DNA of 64,000 bases, taken from assembly GCF_009914755.1 (NCBI RefSeq), contig NC_060925.1; one strand, 5' to 3'. Positions 26,415-41,285 of the stretch are shown piece by piece. Origin of the DNA: the human T2T-CHM13v2.0 reference genome, Homo sapiens. Both the position numbers and the translations under genes were made by a program. The notes under the pieces were generated by a model. It worked only from the letters and a program-made list of their open reading frames with translations. It had not been told where the DNA came from and ran no database searches. Every line of letters starts with the position of its first letter. The first letter of the stretch is position 1.

Positions 26415-29378
26415 GGTTTGATTTTTCAATAAAAATGCAATAATTATAAATAAGGAATAAAAAGAGTGTCTGTATTATAAAATATAATAACTTTTATTTT
26501 GCCTTTCGATATCCCTTTGGTTTCAAAACCAAATGTAATATAAACTGTCAATTTAAAATTGATTTATTAACAAATTATTATTTCCTTATGTAAACATTTA
26601 ATTATTACACATCTCTGTTATTAAATGGAAAAAGTTGAAGATTGTATGAATATTATAGTTTATGCATGTTATACAATTAAATACATTATATATAGTTTAA
26701 TAAAATGGTAACCCCAAATTTTAGAAATATATTCAAAATATTATATTTATAATATACTACATGAAAATCAAATTATTTTAACATTATTTAGGGGATTGGT
26801 GGATTACATATTGCTATAGTCAATGTTAGAATGCCAAAAAATTTGGAAATCCTGATGTCTATAGGTACATATTATTGCCTCACAAATTGGATTCTTAGGT
26901 ATTTTTCAGAAATATAGGGTATTTGCAATTGCAAAAAAAAGAGATATTTTTAATTTGAATGTATTCTGGGAATTTCTTCCATTGCATCTATTATTGGTAT
27001 TTTTAAAAAGAGGAAAATAAATCAGCCTATAGAGATACTCAGTCAATATATTTAAATTTTAGAATAATTTCATGGGCATAATACACAGCTTTGATTCTAC
27101 TTTGATAAAATATTTGTATGATGGAAAAATTTTAAGATTGTAATGTTCAAAATAAATGTAACAATGGCTAGTAATAGGATAACACAACCTCTAGTAAATT
27201 TATTCATTATTTTTTCTTAACTAAACAAAATATAATTATTTCTTAAATGTTTTATACTTAACTGTGTGTGTAGGCTTTGTAAGGGAAAATAAATATATTA
27301 TTTAAACTCCTTAATTTCAACCTCTGACTTTTCATGCAGGAATTAATTGCATGTCTGCTGCTTCTACTTTTACAAATCTCATTATCCCAGTTTTCACTGG
27401 GTGACCTCTTAAAACCAGTGACCATCCCACAAAACATAATGGTGGATGTTCATTAATTTATAGTCTAAAAATAATTATTCACTAAATTATAAAACTCGAC
27501 TTGTGTATTTGGGCATGTATTTGCATTTTAATCTTTCCCATTGAGTTCTTGTTTATATTCTTTCAAAAATTACACACACACATATGTATAACATATATAT
27601 TATATGTATTTTACAAGTTTATATTAATTGTCACTAGTAAATTGCCACTTTTTTATTTGCTTTCCTTTTTCTTTAAAATATCTTTGTGTAAGAGAAGTAA
27701 TTTGTCTAACAGTTGAATGATAGATAAATATTGATATATGTGCTTAGGATTGTGAAGAGACGTTTTCCAATTACATTTTATGTCAATAGGAGTGAAAGTA
27801 TCCTTTACATATATACAAAATAAATGGTCCATGTAACACTATGTCAGACCCCACAGTTTCTACACTCCTGAAACCTATATTCAATGGTCTTCAATACATT
27901 ATCAACACGTTGAGCATATGTTAATATACTTTTATTTCTGAAAGAGTAAAAATAACTTGGCAGGTGTGGTTGCCTTTTGGAATAAAGAAGGGGAGCTAGG
28001 CTTCTCCTCTTTTTGTTCTGGATACATTGTGAATGTTTTAACATAAACATATGTTTCTTTTTCAAAACTTAATGTTTAATTTTTTAAAAGACTTTTTATT
28101 ATCTTTTTTTGTAATCAGAAAATCAGGTAGATTAAATTAGAGCAAAAGGGATTATTTAGATATATATATTTTTTAAAACTTCCTAATGTATGAAATTTTA
28201 ACGTGTTAAGAAATCAACATTTTAACTTTATTTATAAATTTTTTTGAAGAAAGACCCTTTGTATAAGAGACTACACTACTGATTTTTTTAATGAGATGAG
28301 CACATATTTTTAAAGTTTCTAATTTGGCTATTCAGAATGTTTATAGAAATAGACAAAGAAAAACTTTAAAATGAACTATTTTGGTTTTTACTGATTAGAA
28401 AATAAACAGATTTCTAGTGGCTTTTTAAAGCTTCTCATATTAATATAATCATGTTAATCTCTAAAGCTGAGCTGTAAATCCTACTTCCAAGTTGTAGGTG
28501 ACAAAGAAATGACTTAAACCGCTCCTAAGACAACATAGGTGGGCCAATAATATCAATATTGTTGATGATGGAAATAATTTTTTGCCCTGTAATATGGATT
28601 CGGAATAGAATACTATGGGATGGCATTTATCCTTAACAGTCACTCATAAACCTTATAGAAAATAATATTATAATTTCAGGAATTGTTTTATTTCATGTAA
28701 TTTTAAATATGTATAATAATAATGTTCAATTTGTTGTTATATAGCTTAACTTATAATTAAGATTTTTAAAAATCTTTATCAATTTAACTTCCAGAAGAAG
28801 TGCTTAGTATTACCATTGCTAAAAATTATATATTTAATTAGCAGGTTTCATTCTGTCCTATTATTTTCTGTTAGGCATCATGTTAAATAGTAATTTTTTT
28901 CGGACTCTACTTTAAAATGCAAATGCATGGATAAATTTTTAATAACGCTTTAATTATTATGGCCATTTTGATAGCTTACCAATATGTTATATATGTAAAT
29001 ATAATTAAAATATAATTATGTGTAAAATTTAAATATACATGAGTCTCTTTTATACCAGCCCAACCCAGAAAAGATCCATGTAGTGATCATTATATGTTAA
29101 TGAGTAAAAGGAATGACTTTAGTACAAAAAATGGTTAGTAATCAATTTTTCATCTCTTGACACTAATTTAATATGTGGCCAATTGCTAGTGATGTTGCCA
29201 GTTCATTCTACACTTCTGCCTAATAGAAAATACAATTTGGTTATCTAATACAGGATCTGTTAATGTATTCAAAGTACTATATATATAGCTATTATAGTTA
29301 TTTAATATTAAAGGATAAACTCAGATAATAATTGTAACACAGTCAAATAAAAATGAATGCTGTCTTGAGAAACAATTT

Positions 29379-29415
29379 GAGATCAGGGCATATTCAGGAT
29401 GATATAGCTGTAGAC
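29379..29415 (-). pseudogene. 5S rRNA 5'-fragment (tailless) retropseudogene
   Basis: The minus strand gtctacagctatatcatcctgaatatgccctgatctc matches 5S nt 1-36 at 29/36, all mismatches transitions, with one insertion. It is flanked by a perfect 17-bp direct repeat. Confidence 0.85.
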
Positions 29416-30619
29416 AGCAGCAGCTTGAGAAACAATTTGAATAATGCAATACTGCCCTTGTTAAAGACAACACTATGCTTCCAGAATCCCCTTTGATGGC
29501 GTTACAATAGAATTGCTGACTGTAAATAAGAACAACATAATTATGGCTTGTAGTTTAGGTGTCAGTACTAGAACAATTCCCAAAGTGTTGGATCCTAGTT
29601 TAAATGCAGGCGTGGACCAGGCTAGCACAGGAAAAAATATTTCCACATTAGTTTAAGTAAGTAAACTCATTATAGTCTCATTTTTGTTGAGGCTTTAATT
29701 AGTAAGTGGCATCCTCAAGCATGTAACAAAATTTAATGTGAGCATAGTGCAATCATAAATGGCAATAAGAAAGTGAGAAAGAGATTTTGAGAATACTCAT
29801 CTATCCATCCTGAAACAATTACTCTTCAGAGGAAGTTGTTAACATCAATCTCTTAGCTGAACTCACCTGAGAATTAGATGCCAGTAACACATTCATTATC
29901 TAACATTTTAGTTTTTATCTCCAGAATAAAATTAAGCAACAACACAAAAGCAATTAAAATATAGTTCTTGTTTAACAGTTTCCTACATTAAATAACTTTA
30001 CAAGAAACCACTATTTCAAACTGCCACACATAGTGTATAATTAATCTTAAGCAACAGGAAAAGTATATCAGCCTAGTTAGTAATTATTTTATTATTTTTC
30101 TTAAAAAGAGCATCAATCTTAAGTGAAAGTATTAACCTCAAGACTAACATTTTTCTTGGGTCCTATTCAGGAGCCAGGGGACATGGACTTATGTTGTTTA
30201 AATATTAATTTTGTCATCTTTTATAGACTTTACACAGATCACTCTTGTAGGGATAATTACTTCAATAAAATTAATATTTCAAAAGGTAAACTTTAGAGAT
30301 TTGAAAGGGATATAAAACATCTATTTGAATATGTTTTTTTGTTATAGTCACAGGTTTTCTTTTATCCATTAAAATGTACTTCATTTTTATTATTGCCATT
30401 TTAGCATGCATGAAGAATTTCTGTAAATGGAAGACATACACTTTAGTTTTCAAAAATTGATTAACAAACAAATCACAATTTAAAAATTGCCCAAGCACAA
30501 AAAGAAGTATGTTTTTCCAGTCATCCAATTGACCTGTTTCCAATGAGTAGGCTCCTTTCCTTTAAGGCAGTGTTTCAGGAAGCACAGGACCCTTCCACCT
30601 CATGACTTGGTCATTTAAA

Positions 30620-30760
30620 AATGGGTTGATAGGTGCAGTGAACGACCATGGCACATTGTTTACCTGTGTAACAAACCTGCACATTCTGCACAGATATCCC
30701 AGAACTTAAAGTAAAATTAAAATTAATTTAATTTAATTTAAATAAATAAAAATAAATAAA
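30620..30760 (+). mobile_element. L1PA extreme 3' end (heavily 5'-truncated)
   Basis: gggttgataggtgcag..tgtaacaaacctgcacattctgcacagatatcccagaacttaaagt plus an A/T-rich tail. Confidence 0.85.
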
Positions 30761-31886
30761 CGTGACACGCATTGGTTTTCATTTTTAAATGAAGGAGATG
30801 TACTTAGAAAATTTAAACTATTATTATAGATAATTAGAGCATGGAATATTTGGCTGGCTGACAAATTAGGTGTTTGGCTCTTGTAAGTAAAATTATGAGT
30901 GATAAAAAGTCAAATATTTATTACCTTATCTACTTATCTTACTACATTGAAATAGCTAAGTAGAAGTTTCTTACAAGATTGCAGGAACAAAAAGAAGAAT
31001 AACAAAATATGTTCTGGTGAAAGTCAGAGGTCTTCACTGAGAAGTTCAGCTGTATCAAAATAAAATCTGCTTTAATTCAGTGAATACCATGATATTGGAC
31101 CCCTATTACCTAAAATATAAAACATACTTGGCCCGTTTTTCTCATGGAGTTTGTAATCTAGGTGAGGAAAAGGCATAACAAACAAACATGCAAAATGTAC
31201 TTATAAGACGTGCATTTAAAATGTATTTATAAATCTCCCCTGTGAATGACAGGAAACAATGCACGGAGCTGAGCTGGGGTTCGTGTCCAGCACACAGAGA
31301 CCCTAAAGGACATGTCATTCAATGGAGGAATTAAAACGTCTCTCTCTCCACTCCACAGAATCTACAGAAGTATGCTGAGGGAAATTCCCTGCCCAACCCT
31401 GGCTCTGGGAGAGATAGGAAAAAACAAGACTAAAACCAAAACAAACAAACAAACAAACAAACAAACAAAAAACAGATATCTTTTCTGAGAATTCTTTACC
31501 ACAAATTGTACTAACTTAATTGGAAGCAAGAAATTACTCTAAAAATGTGGTTCATTAGCACTTAAAGCCAACACTTTATTTTAAAGTGATCCCAAGTTAT
31601 AGTTTTTCTTTGGCAACTGATATAATCAAAGAAAATGCTCTTCGGTTTCAGGTCTTAAAGACCACTAATAATATCTCAAGGAATAGTTACAGAAAATAAT
31701 AATACAAATTACAAATGAAATTACAAATGAGAAATGCAACCGATAAAGAAACTAACAACTATAAAGCAGAGTTAGGGAGAAAAAATCGAAGGTAAATCTA
31801 CACACTCTGTTCTGCAAATAATATGATCATTAGAAGCAACACATATGGAGCATGTTTAAAAATAAAGAGTGTTAATAAAAGTATGA

Positions 31887-33808
<1,922 letters not shown>

Positions 33809-33969
33809 ATTTATGAAATTGGAAAAAAAATCACTATTTTAAATTAAAATATCAAGAAACAAAACCCATAACAAACAATCTAAAAGAAACTATCAAACTG
33901 AAAAAAATTTGAAAAAAAAAATTTTTTTTCAAAGCAGTGCAAAGAAATATAAGAAAATAAAGGAGGAAA

Positions 33970-33988
33970 ACACAAACACACACACATA

Positions 33989-34031
<43 letters not shown>
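33970..34031 (+). repeat. (CA)n microsatellite
   Basis: Seen directly in the sequence. Confidence 0.97.
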
Positions 34032-34033
<2 letters not shown>

Positions 34034-34149
34034 ACTTAAAGGCCAGAGTACAACCTAAGATAATGAATTCTAAAGAAGGACAAAGTCAGCATGGTAGGAG
34101 GGAAAAGTTGATAATTGTCCAAAATAGATGAGAGGCACCAATCCAATTG

Positions 34150-34447
34150 GGCAGAGGAAGAGTTTGAAACTAATGTCCTGGGAACTTTTTAGTTGGGATG
34201 ATCGATTAGAGTTGTACTGATTGAAGGCAAGGCATTGGGCCTTTCTACTTAATCATTGATCATTTATTAAGTAGAGGCTGCCCTAGCGGAAGGGGCATGA
34301 TCCTGGGTGATACCCCTTATCATGGTCAAAGACAAAGTCCACAGAGGAAGTCATTTGTAAGTCATCTACAGTTAACACTGTTTGTAGATTTGGAAATGAA
34401 TTGTTTGGTTCTGAAAGAATTACAGACATGCAATTGCATCTACTATA
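34150..34447 (-). mobile_element. LTR16-family ERVL LTR fragment
   Basis: ggctgccctagcggaaggggcatgatcctgggtga..gcatctactata resembles a recalled LTR16 consensus. Confidence 0.55.
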
Positions 34448-35364
34448 ATTACATATTCACTAATGGACAGAAAAGAAATACTAACGGGCAGAAGCCCTGA
34501 TATAATTGTTAAAGAGAAGGAATTCCTTTGTCACACATAACTTAGGGCTTGAGTTATTGCTGTGCTGCCCAAAGTCCCAATAATTCTTTAGAACATTTGT
34601 TCTGATTCTCAAATTTAAGGATTACTAGTGAACCTCTAGGAAAGTTACTATTCTGCTTCCATGTTTTCAGCTGTAAAATTTTTAAAAATAGTGTTGTGGC
34701 GATGTATGTGAAAAGTCAAACAAATGTCATTCTCTTTCACCATCCTCCACCTTCGCCTCTTGAGTAAGCCTGATTCCTGCTGACTACTGAGCATTAGCCC
34801 GGTCTTGAGGACTGCAGGACTTACACTGTGAAGTATAGCTCTGTAGCTAGCCAACAAATCCTGACCTCCATATTTCTGGAGAGGGAGTGGATAATAAAAA
34901 GGAAGCAAAGAGGAACAAGTTGAGCGGCAATGGCATCTGACTTATAAATAATTTGGTTAGCAGTACTTGGATTTCTGGCATCAAAGAGGCTTACGTTAAA
35001 AACAAAGACAGGAGATAATTGGGAGGTCTAAGCATAGGCAAGAAAGGTTCTACATCCTAAGAGTAAGTCTCAGAGAAGTCATACCCATCCCTGCTCTCCA
35101 TCTATACTCCCTTTAATATGTACTTTTTTGTCCTGAGCTAAAAAATACCTTTGTACTGAAATATAAAATAGTTCTTCTTACTATAACAATAGAGAATGGA
35201 AAAAGAAGGGGCTTGATTGCCTGAAGAAAACATGGAAAAGTAATGTGAAGCAGCAAATTAATGTTTGAAAATCATCATTGAGACAGTAGAAAGACAATCT
35301 TCTCCTATTAATAAATTACGGGAAGAATTATTGATTTACCTTAGGCATTGAAATCAAGGTTACC

Positions 35365-35850
35365 TGTTTCAGCTATCATTTGCTGAGTAACAGGATATCT
35401 CAAAGCAGGAATATATTATTTATCATAATTCTGTATCTGGCTAGGAGGTTTTTCTTTTTGTTTCACATAGGCTTACTCATGCCCTGCATTCAGCTAAGGG
35501 TTCTCTTGGGCTAGAGGTTTTCAGTGGCCTCAACTGCATGTCTGGCAGTTAGTACTGGCTGTTAGGATGCCTTCATTTTTCTTCATATGATCTCTTTCCC
35601 ACCAGTAGACTGAACCAACTTTCATACGTGATGTTCTTAGGACAGTTTCAGTAGCCCAAAATTGGAAGTTGCAAAATCTCTTAAGACCTAACCCTCTAAT
35701 CAATGCATTGTTACATTTGCATTCTGTTGATCAAAACTAGTCACAAGACTAGTGTAGGTTTAAGGGAGAGGAATAGATTCTACCTCTGTTAGAAGCAAAG
35801 TCATGTTGCAAAAGAATGTTAGAGTATTGTTTTAGAGACAATTTATCAAA
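35365..35850 (-). mobile_element. MLT1 (H/J-like) MaLR LTR
   Basis: cagctatcatttgctgagtaac..catgtctggcagttagtactggctgt..gtcacaagactag..gaatagattctacctct. Confidence 0.7.
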
Positions 35851-36439
35851 GTAATAAAGCATAAGTGGAAGATGAGAGATAGGCATGGCTTTCTAGGGAT
35901 TCCCAGCATAAATTTTACAAAGCTGGTAGGCAGATGAGCAACGTTTCACTGTGTAAGTCTTGGGAGTTTGACAGCAAAAAATGAGATGGAAATCATTTTG
36001 TAAAGTGTACGTATCATCTCTTTAGTCATTGTTCTTTTCAAAATGTGTCAGTTTATATGGTGTGGACGGACTGCAGGAACTACATTTTCCCTGGCATTTT
36101 ACACTGATATTCTTAACAGAGTCCTGAACACTTGGAACACAATTTTGTCTGATTAGAACAGTATGCGTTGATATACTTTCTATGTCCTATAATAGTGAGG
36201 GAGGAAAAGGAAAAAAGCAAAAATAAAAATCGCTTCAATTCTCTCGGCACACAATTATTTTCTCTTTCAAAACTGTTAGTATTTTCAGGTACTAAACTTA
36301 CATGTGAGAATTTCTAAAGACTATGAGTTGTGAGCCAAATCATACCTTTGTCTGAATTTCATTCCTGCCAATGAGAGCTCCAGGTTTAAATTATTTTAGG
36401 CTGAATTTGTTTTTCATTTTTATTGGTACCATTAGGTTT

Positions 36440-37180
36440 ATCAATTGAGAAATGACTGTTAAGAGCTAAGCACTCAAGAAAGATAATATATAGTTCCTGT
36501 TCTGAACAGGTCACTTGTGCAGAACTGGTTAACAAACAGACAAGTAAATAAATATATTTCACTATTATGTGGATAGAAATGTGTACCTAGTACAATGGAG
36601 GCATGAAGTGGTAAGCAGTCATTTTCACCTGGGAACAATGATGGACTAAAAAAGGCTTGATAGGTGTGGTTCTTGAACTAAATATTGAACTATAACTACG
36701 TACTCACCGGTTGGTGAGGGGAGAGAGATTCGGCAGGCAAAAAAAGGAAGCTTAGCAAAGACATAGAAATATAAAACCGTGTCTCACATTTAGCAGATGC
36801 CTGTGATTTACCATGGGTTGAACTTAGAGGGGAGGAAAGAAAAAAAGAAAATGAAGACAAGAAGCCTGAAGAGGAGAAAAGGGTTGTATCATAAAGCATA
36901 TTTTGAGCTTCAACTATATTCTCTAGGATTAAGGCTATGATTAAAAATACTTATCAAAGGAATAAAATGATCATATTTCAGTATTTAAAAGAGTATTCTG
37001 GAGTAATATGCTAGGTAGATTGTTCGAGTGAGTGACTGGAAGTAAAAAGCCACCTATAAGACTATTTTAGGAAAGAATATGAAAGATGCTTAGAGCTCTC
37101 TCTAAGGCAGTAATAGAGAAAATGATGCAAAAGAAGTTACTCAAATAACTGATAGATTTATTTACTTTTAACAAGGAATA
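36440..37180 (-). mobile_element. L2 fragment
   Basis: Purine-rich L2 antisense texture (acagacaagtaaataaat; cttagcaaagacatagaaat; aaatgatcatatttcagtatttaaaa). Confidence 0.55.
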
Positions 37181-37951
37181 GATGTACTGCATCATTAGAT
37201 TGTGTCGAAAGCTATATATTTTATCTCATTTTATATGTCCTAATAGTAGGGTCTAGTTGATTTATCTATGAATTGTTCTTTTTTCCATCCACTAAAGATA
37301 AAAAAGCAGCAAAATACAATGAATTATATGACTGTGATATCAATTAATACCTAACTTTTCACATTCAAATATTAAGTATTAATATATAACATTATATCAC
37401 TGATTCTAAAATGAATGACTATCTTAGTCAATTTTTGTCCCTAACATACCTAGAGCCTATTTCATATTTTTCCCTAGTCAACGAAACATCCGGCATTTTT
37501 GTTTGAGAAATGCATTCCAAGATTGGCCTCTTTTACACTGTTTTTTAAAAGCTTCATAGAACTAGCGCATCAAATGACAGCAAAAGAAAGTATTCTACAC
37601 AATTCAAAACCTATAGTGATAGTTGCTGACAGATATTCACAACTTTCACATCCTTTTGGTGACATATGTAGAAACAAGCAGTGTGCATTACTGGCAAATG
37701 ACAGTACTCTCTGCTGAGTTTTTACTGGGTAAACATTAATACATTATCTCAGTTGAAAGGTCACCATTATGATTAATGTATATCTTTTCCACTTTGTTTT
37801 TCTGAAGCTGAGAGTCATAAAAGAAAATTAAACTCAGTATGGCTAAGACTCCAGGTTATGTCCAAATGACTGTCGAAAGAAAAACTTTCAATGTTTTTAT
37901 CTTTTAGCAAATTTTATTCAAGTCAGTACTATATATTTACATTTAATTGGG

Positions 37952-37994
37952 CACACACACATACCGTACACACACACACACACACACACACACA
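37952..37994 (+). repeat. (CA)n microsatellite
   Basis: Seen directly in the sequence. Confidence 0.95.
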
Positions 37995-38790
37995 TGCTGA
38001 AAAGCCTGTGAACAATTTTCAATGTTTTAGTTTAATTGAAGAGAAGAGATGAGAAAAACTGATCCAAGGTTTACATAGCAATACAAGAAATACTACAGAA
38101 AAGTATCTAAATAAATGTCACAGATTTCAGAAGACAAAGACATCACGGTTAACTAGAAGGATTACAGAAAGCATTTAAGAAAAGGTAAAGTATAAATTGA
38201 TCTGCAAAAGCTACACAGGAATTGATTAGGAAAGAAATAGAAAAAGGAATTCCTGGCTACTCCTGAAGGAATAGCCTCAGCAAAAGTACTTAGGTCTAAG
38301 AAGTAGGGTATGTTCTGAAAATGATTAAAAAGGTCATTATATGAAGGCTATATTGCTTATTTCCAGTGGTATCAAACTGAAGTAATTCTAATAAATAGTA
38401 ATAAAAATAATAAAATGCAGCATAATTCATTTTAACAAAAAGACAACTGGAAATGGAAATAATATGGACATCTAGAAAGCAAGAAAGTAAGTTTAAAAAC
38501 ATGTCTCGGCTTAAATATAAGGTGACCTTGTCTGGTTCAGTAAGTTGGTAGTCACCAGATAATAGTTTTCTATATTTGAATTCTGCATAATTTCATAAAT
38601 CTTTTATAATGGAAGAATTGAATGAAATGTAAGGAAATCTGAGTTATGATATTTGTGCTTAAATAATATGTCTGAAACATAATGCTAGAAATATTTTAGT
38701 GCTATAAATTATCATTGGTTCACAAACAACAATATACATCTTGTTCTCAAGTGTTTGCAAAACACTTTTCAAGTGTATTCATTCAAGTGA

Positions 38791-39213
<423 letters not shown>

Positions 39214-39367
39214 GGTTCATATATTTAATAATTATGAACTCCAGCCCAAGTTTTCATAAAACAAAATATATGCTTTATGTGATGTCATTCATCTTAACAA
39301 TTCACCAAAATTTAGTAGAAGAAAGTTGGTGAAATAGAAATGAACATACTCTCTTTTTAGGGAGTCA

Positions 39368-41253
39368 TTTTTTTTTTAAGTTTTATTTTGAGTTCAGGGG
39401 TATATGTGCAGATTTGTTATATAGGTAGACTTGTGTTATTGTGGGGATTGTTGTACAGATTATTTCATCACCCAGGTATTAAGCCCAGTACCCATTAATT
39501 ATTTTTCCTGATCCTTACCCTCCTTCCTCTCTCCACCCTCAAGCAGGCCGCTGTGTCTGCTGTTCCCCTCTGTGTGTCCATGTGTTTTTATCATTTAGCT
39601 CCCACCTGTGAGTGAAATATACAGTATGTGGTTTCCTGTTCCTAAAATAGTTTGCTAAGAATAATGGTGGTCAGCTCCATCCATGTTTATGCAAATGACA
39701 CAATTTCATTATTTTTGATGGCTGCATAGTATTCCATGGTGTATATGTACCCAATTTTCTTTATCCAGTCTACCATTGATGGGCAACTTACAATGATGTT
39801 TTATCTTTTGCTATTATGAGTAGCCCTGCAATGAACATACATATGCGTATGTCTCTGTGATATAACAATTTATATTCCTTGGGGTATATACCCAGTAATG
39901 AGATTTCTGGGTGGAGTGGTTGTTACGTTTATAGGTCTTTGAGGAATTGCCACACTGTTTTCCACAATGGTTGAGCTAACTTACACTCCCACTAACAGTA
40001 TATGCATTTCTTTTTCTGCACAGCCTCACCAGCAACTGCTATGTTGACTATTTAATAATATTTATTCTGACTGGTGTGAGGTGATATCTTGTTGTGGTTT
40101 TGATTTGCATTTCTGTAAAGATCAGTGATGTTGAGCTTTTTTTCATATGTTTGTTGGACACATGTATGTATTCTTTTGATAAGTGTCTTTTTATGTCCTT
40201 TGCCCACTTTTTAATGGGTGGGTGTTTTTCTTGTAAATTTGTTTAACATCCTTATATATGCTATTAGACCTTTGTCAGATGTATAGTTTGCAAATATATT
40301 CTCCCATTCTGTAGGTTGTCTGTTTACTCTATTGATTTATTCTTTTGCTATGGAGAATCTCTTTAGTTTAATCAGATCCCATTTTTCAATTTTTGCTTTT
40401 GTTACAATTGCTTTTTGCATCTTTTTCATTTACCTGTTGCATCTCTACCTGCTCATATGTCCAGAATGGTATTGCCTAGATTGCCTCCAAAAATTTTTAT
40501 AAATTTTGGCTTTACATTTAAGTCTTAATCTATTTTGAGTTGATTTTTATATATTGTGTAAGAAATGGGTCCAGTTTCAATCTTCGGCATATGGCTAGCC
40601 AATTATCCCAACACCATTTATTGAATAGTGAGTCCTTTTCCTGTTACTTTTTCTTTCTCAGCTTTGTCAAAAGATCAAATGGTTGTAGGTGTGTGGCCTT
40701 ATTTCTTGCCACTCTATTCTGTTCTATTGTTCTACATGCAAGTACCAGTACCATGCTGTTTTGGTTACTGTATGTCCTGTACAATAGTTTGAAGTAAGGT
40801 AGCATGATGTCCTCAGCTTTGTTCTTCTTGCTTAGGGTTTCCTTGGCTGTTCAGGCTCCTATTTGGTTCCATATGAACTTTAAAATAGTTTTTTTCCAGT
40901 TCTATGCAGAATGTCATTGGTAGTTTGATGGAAATAGCATTAAATCTGTAAATTGCTTTGGGTACTGTAGCCATTCTAACAATATTACTTCTTTTTATCC
41001 ATGAGCATGGAATGTTTTTCCATTTGTTTGTGTCATCTTTGCTTATTTTGAGCAGCGTTTTGTAGTTCTCCCTCTGGAGATCTATCACTTCTCTTGTTTT
41101 GTTAGCTGTATTGCTAGGTATTTTATTATTTTGTGTCAATTTTGAATGGAATTGCATTCCTGATTTGGGTCTTGGCTTGGCTATTGTTGGTGTATAGGAA
41201 TGCTAGTGATTTTTGTATGTCGGTTTTGTATCCTGAGACTTTGCTGAAGTTTT

Positions 41254-41285
<32 letters not shown>

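Noticed and set aside
28460-28652. Possible minus-strand exon after ttttctataag
   Set aside because: Stops occur in all three frames near the acceptor and there is no clear donor.
29364-29440. Repeat-spacer-repeat resembling a CRISPR unit
   Set aside because: Only two 17-bp repeats in primate DNA with no cas genes. It is explained as a TSD around a 5S fragment.
33908-33933. Near-palindrome tttg-A10-T8-caaa
   Set aside because: Low-complexity A/T runs make such palindromes common.
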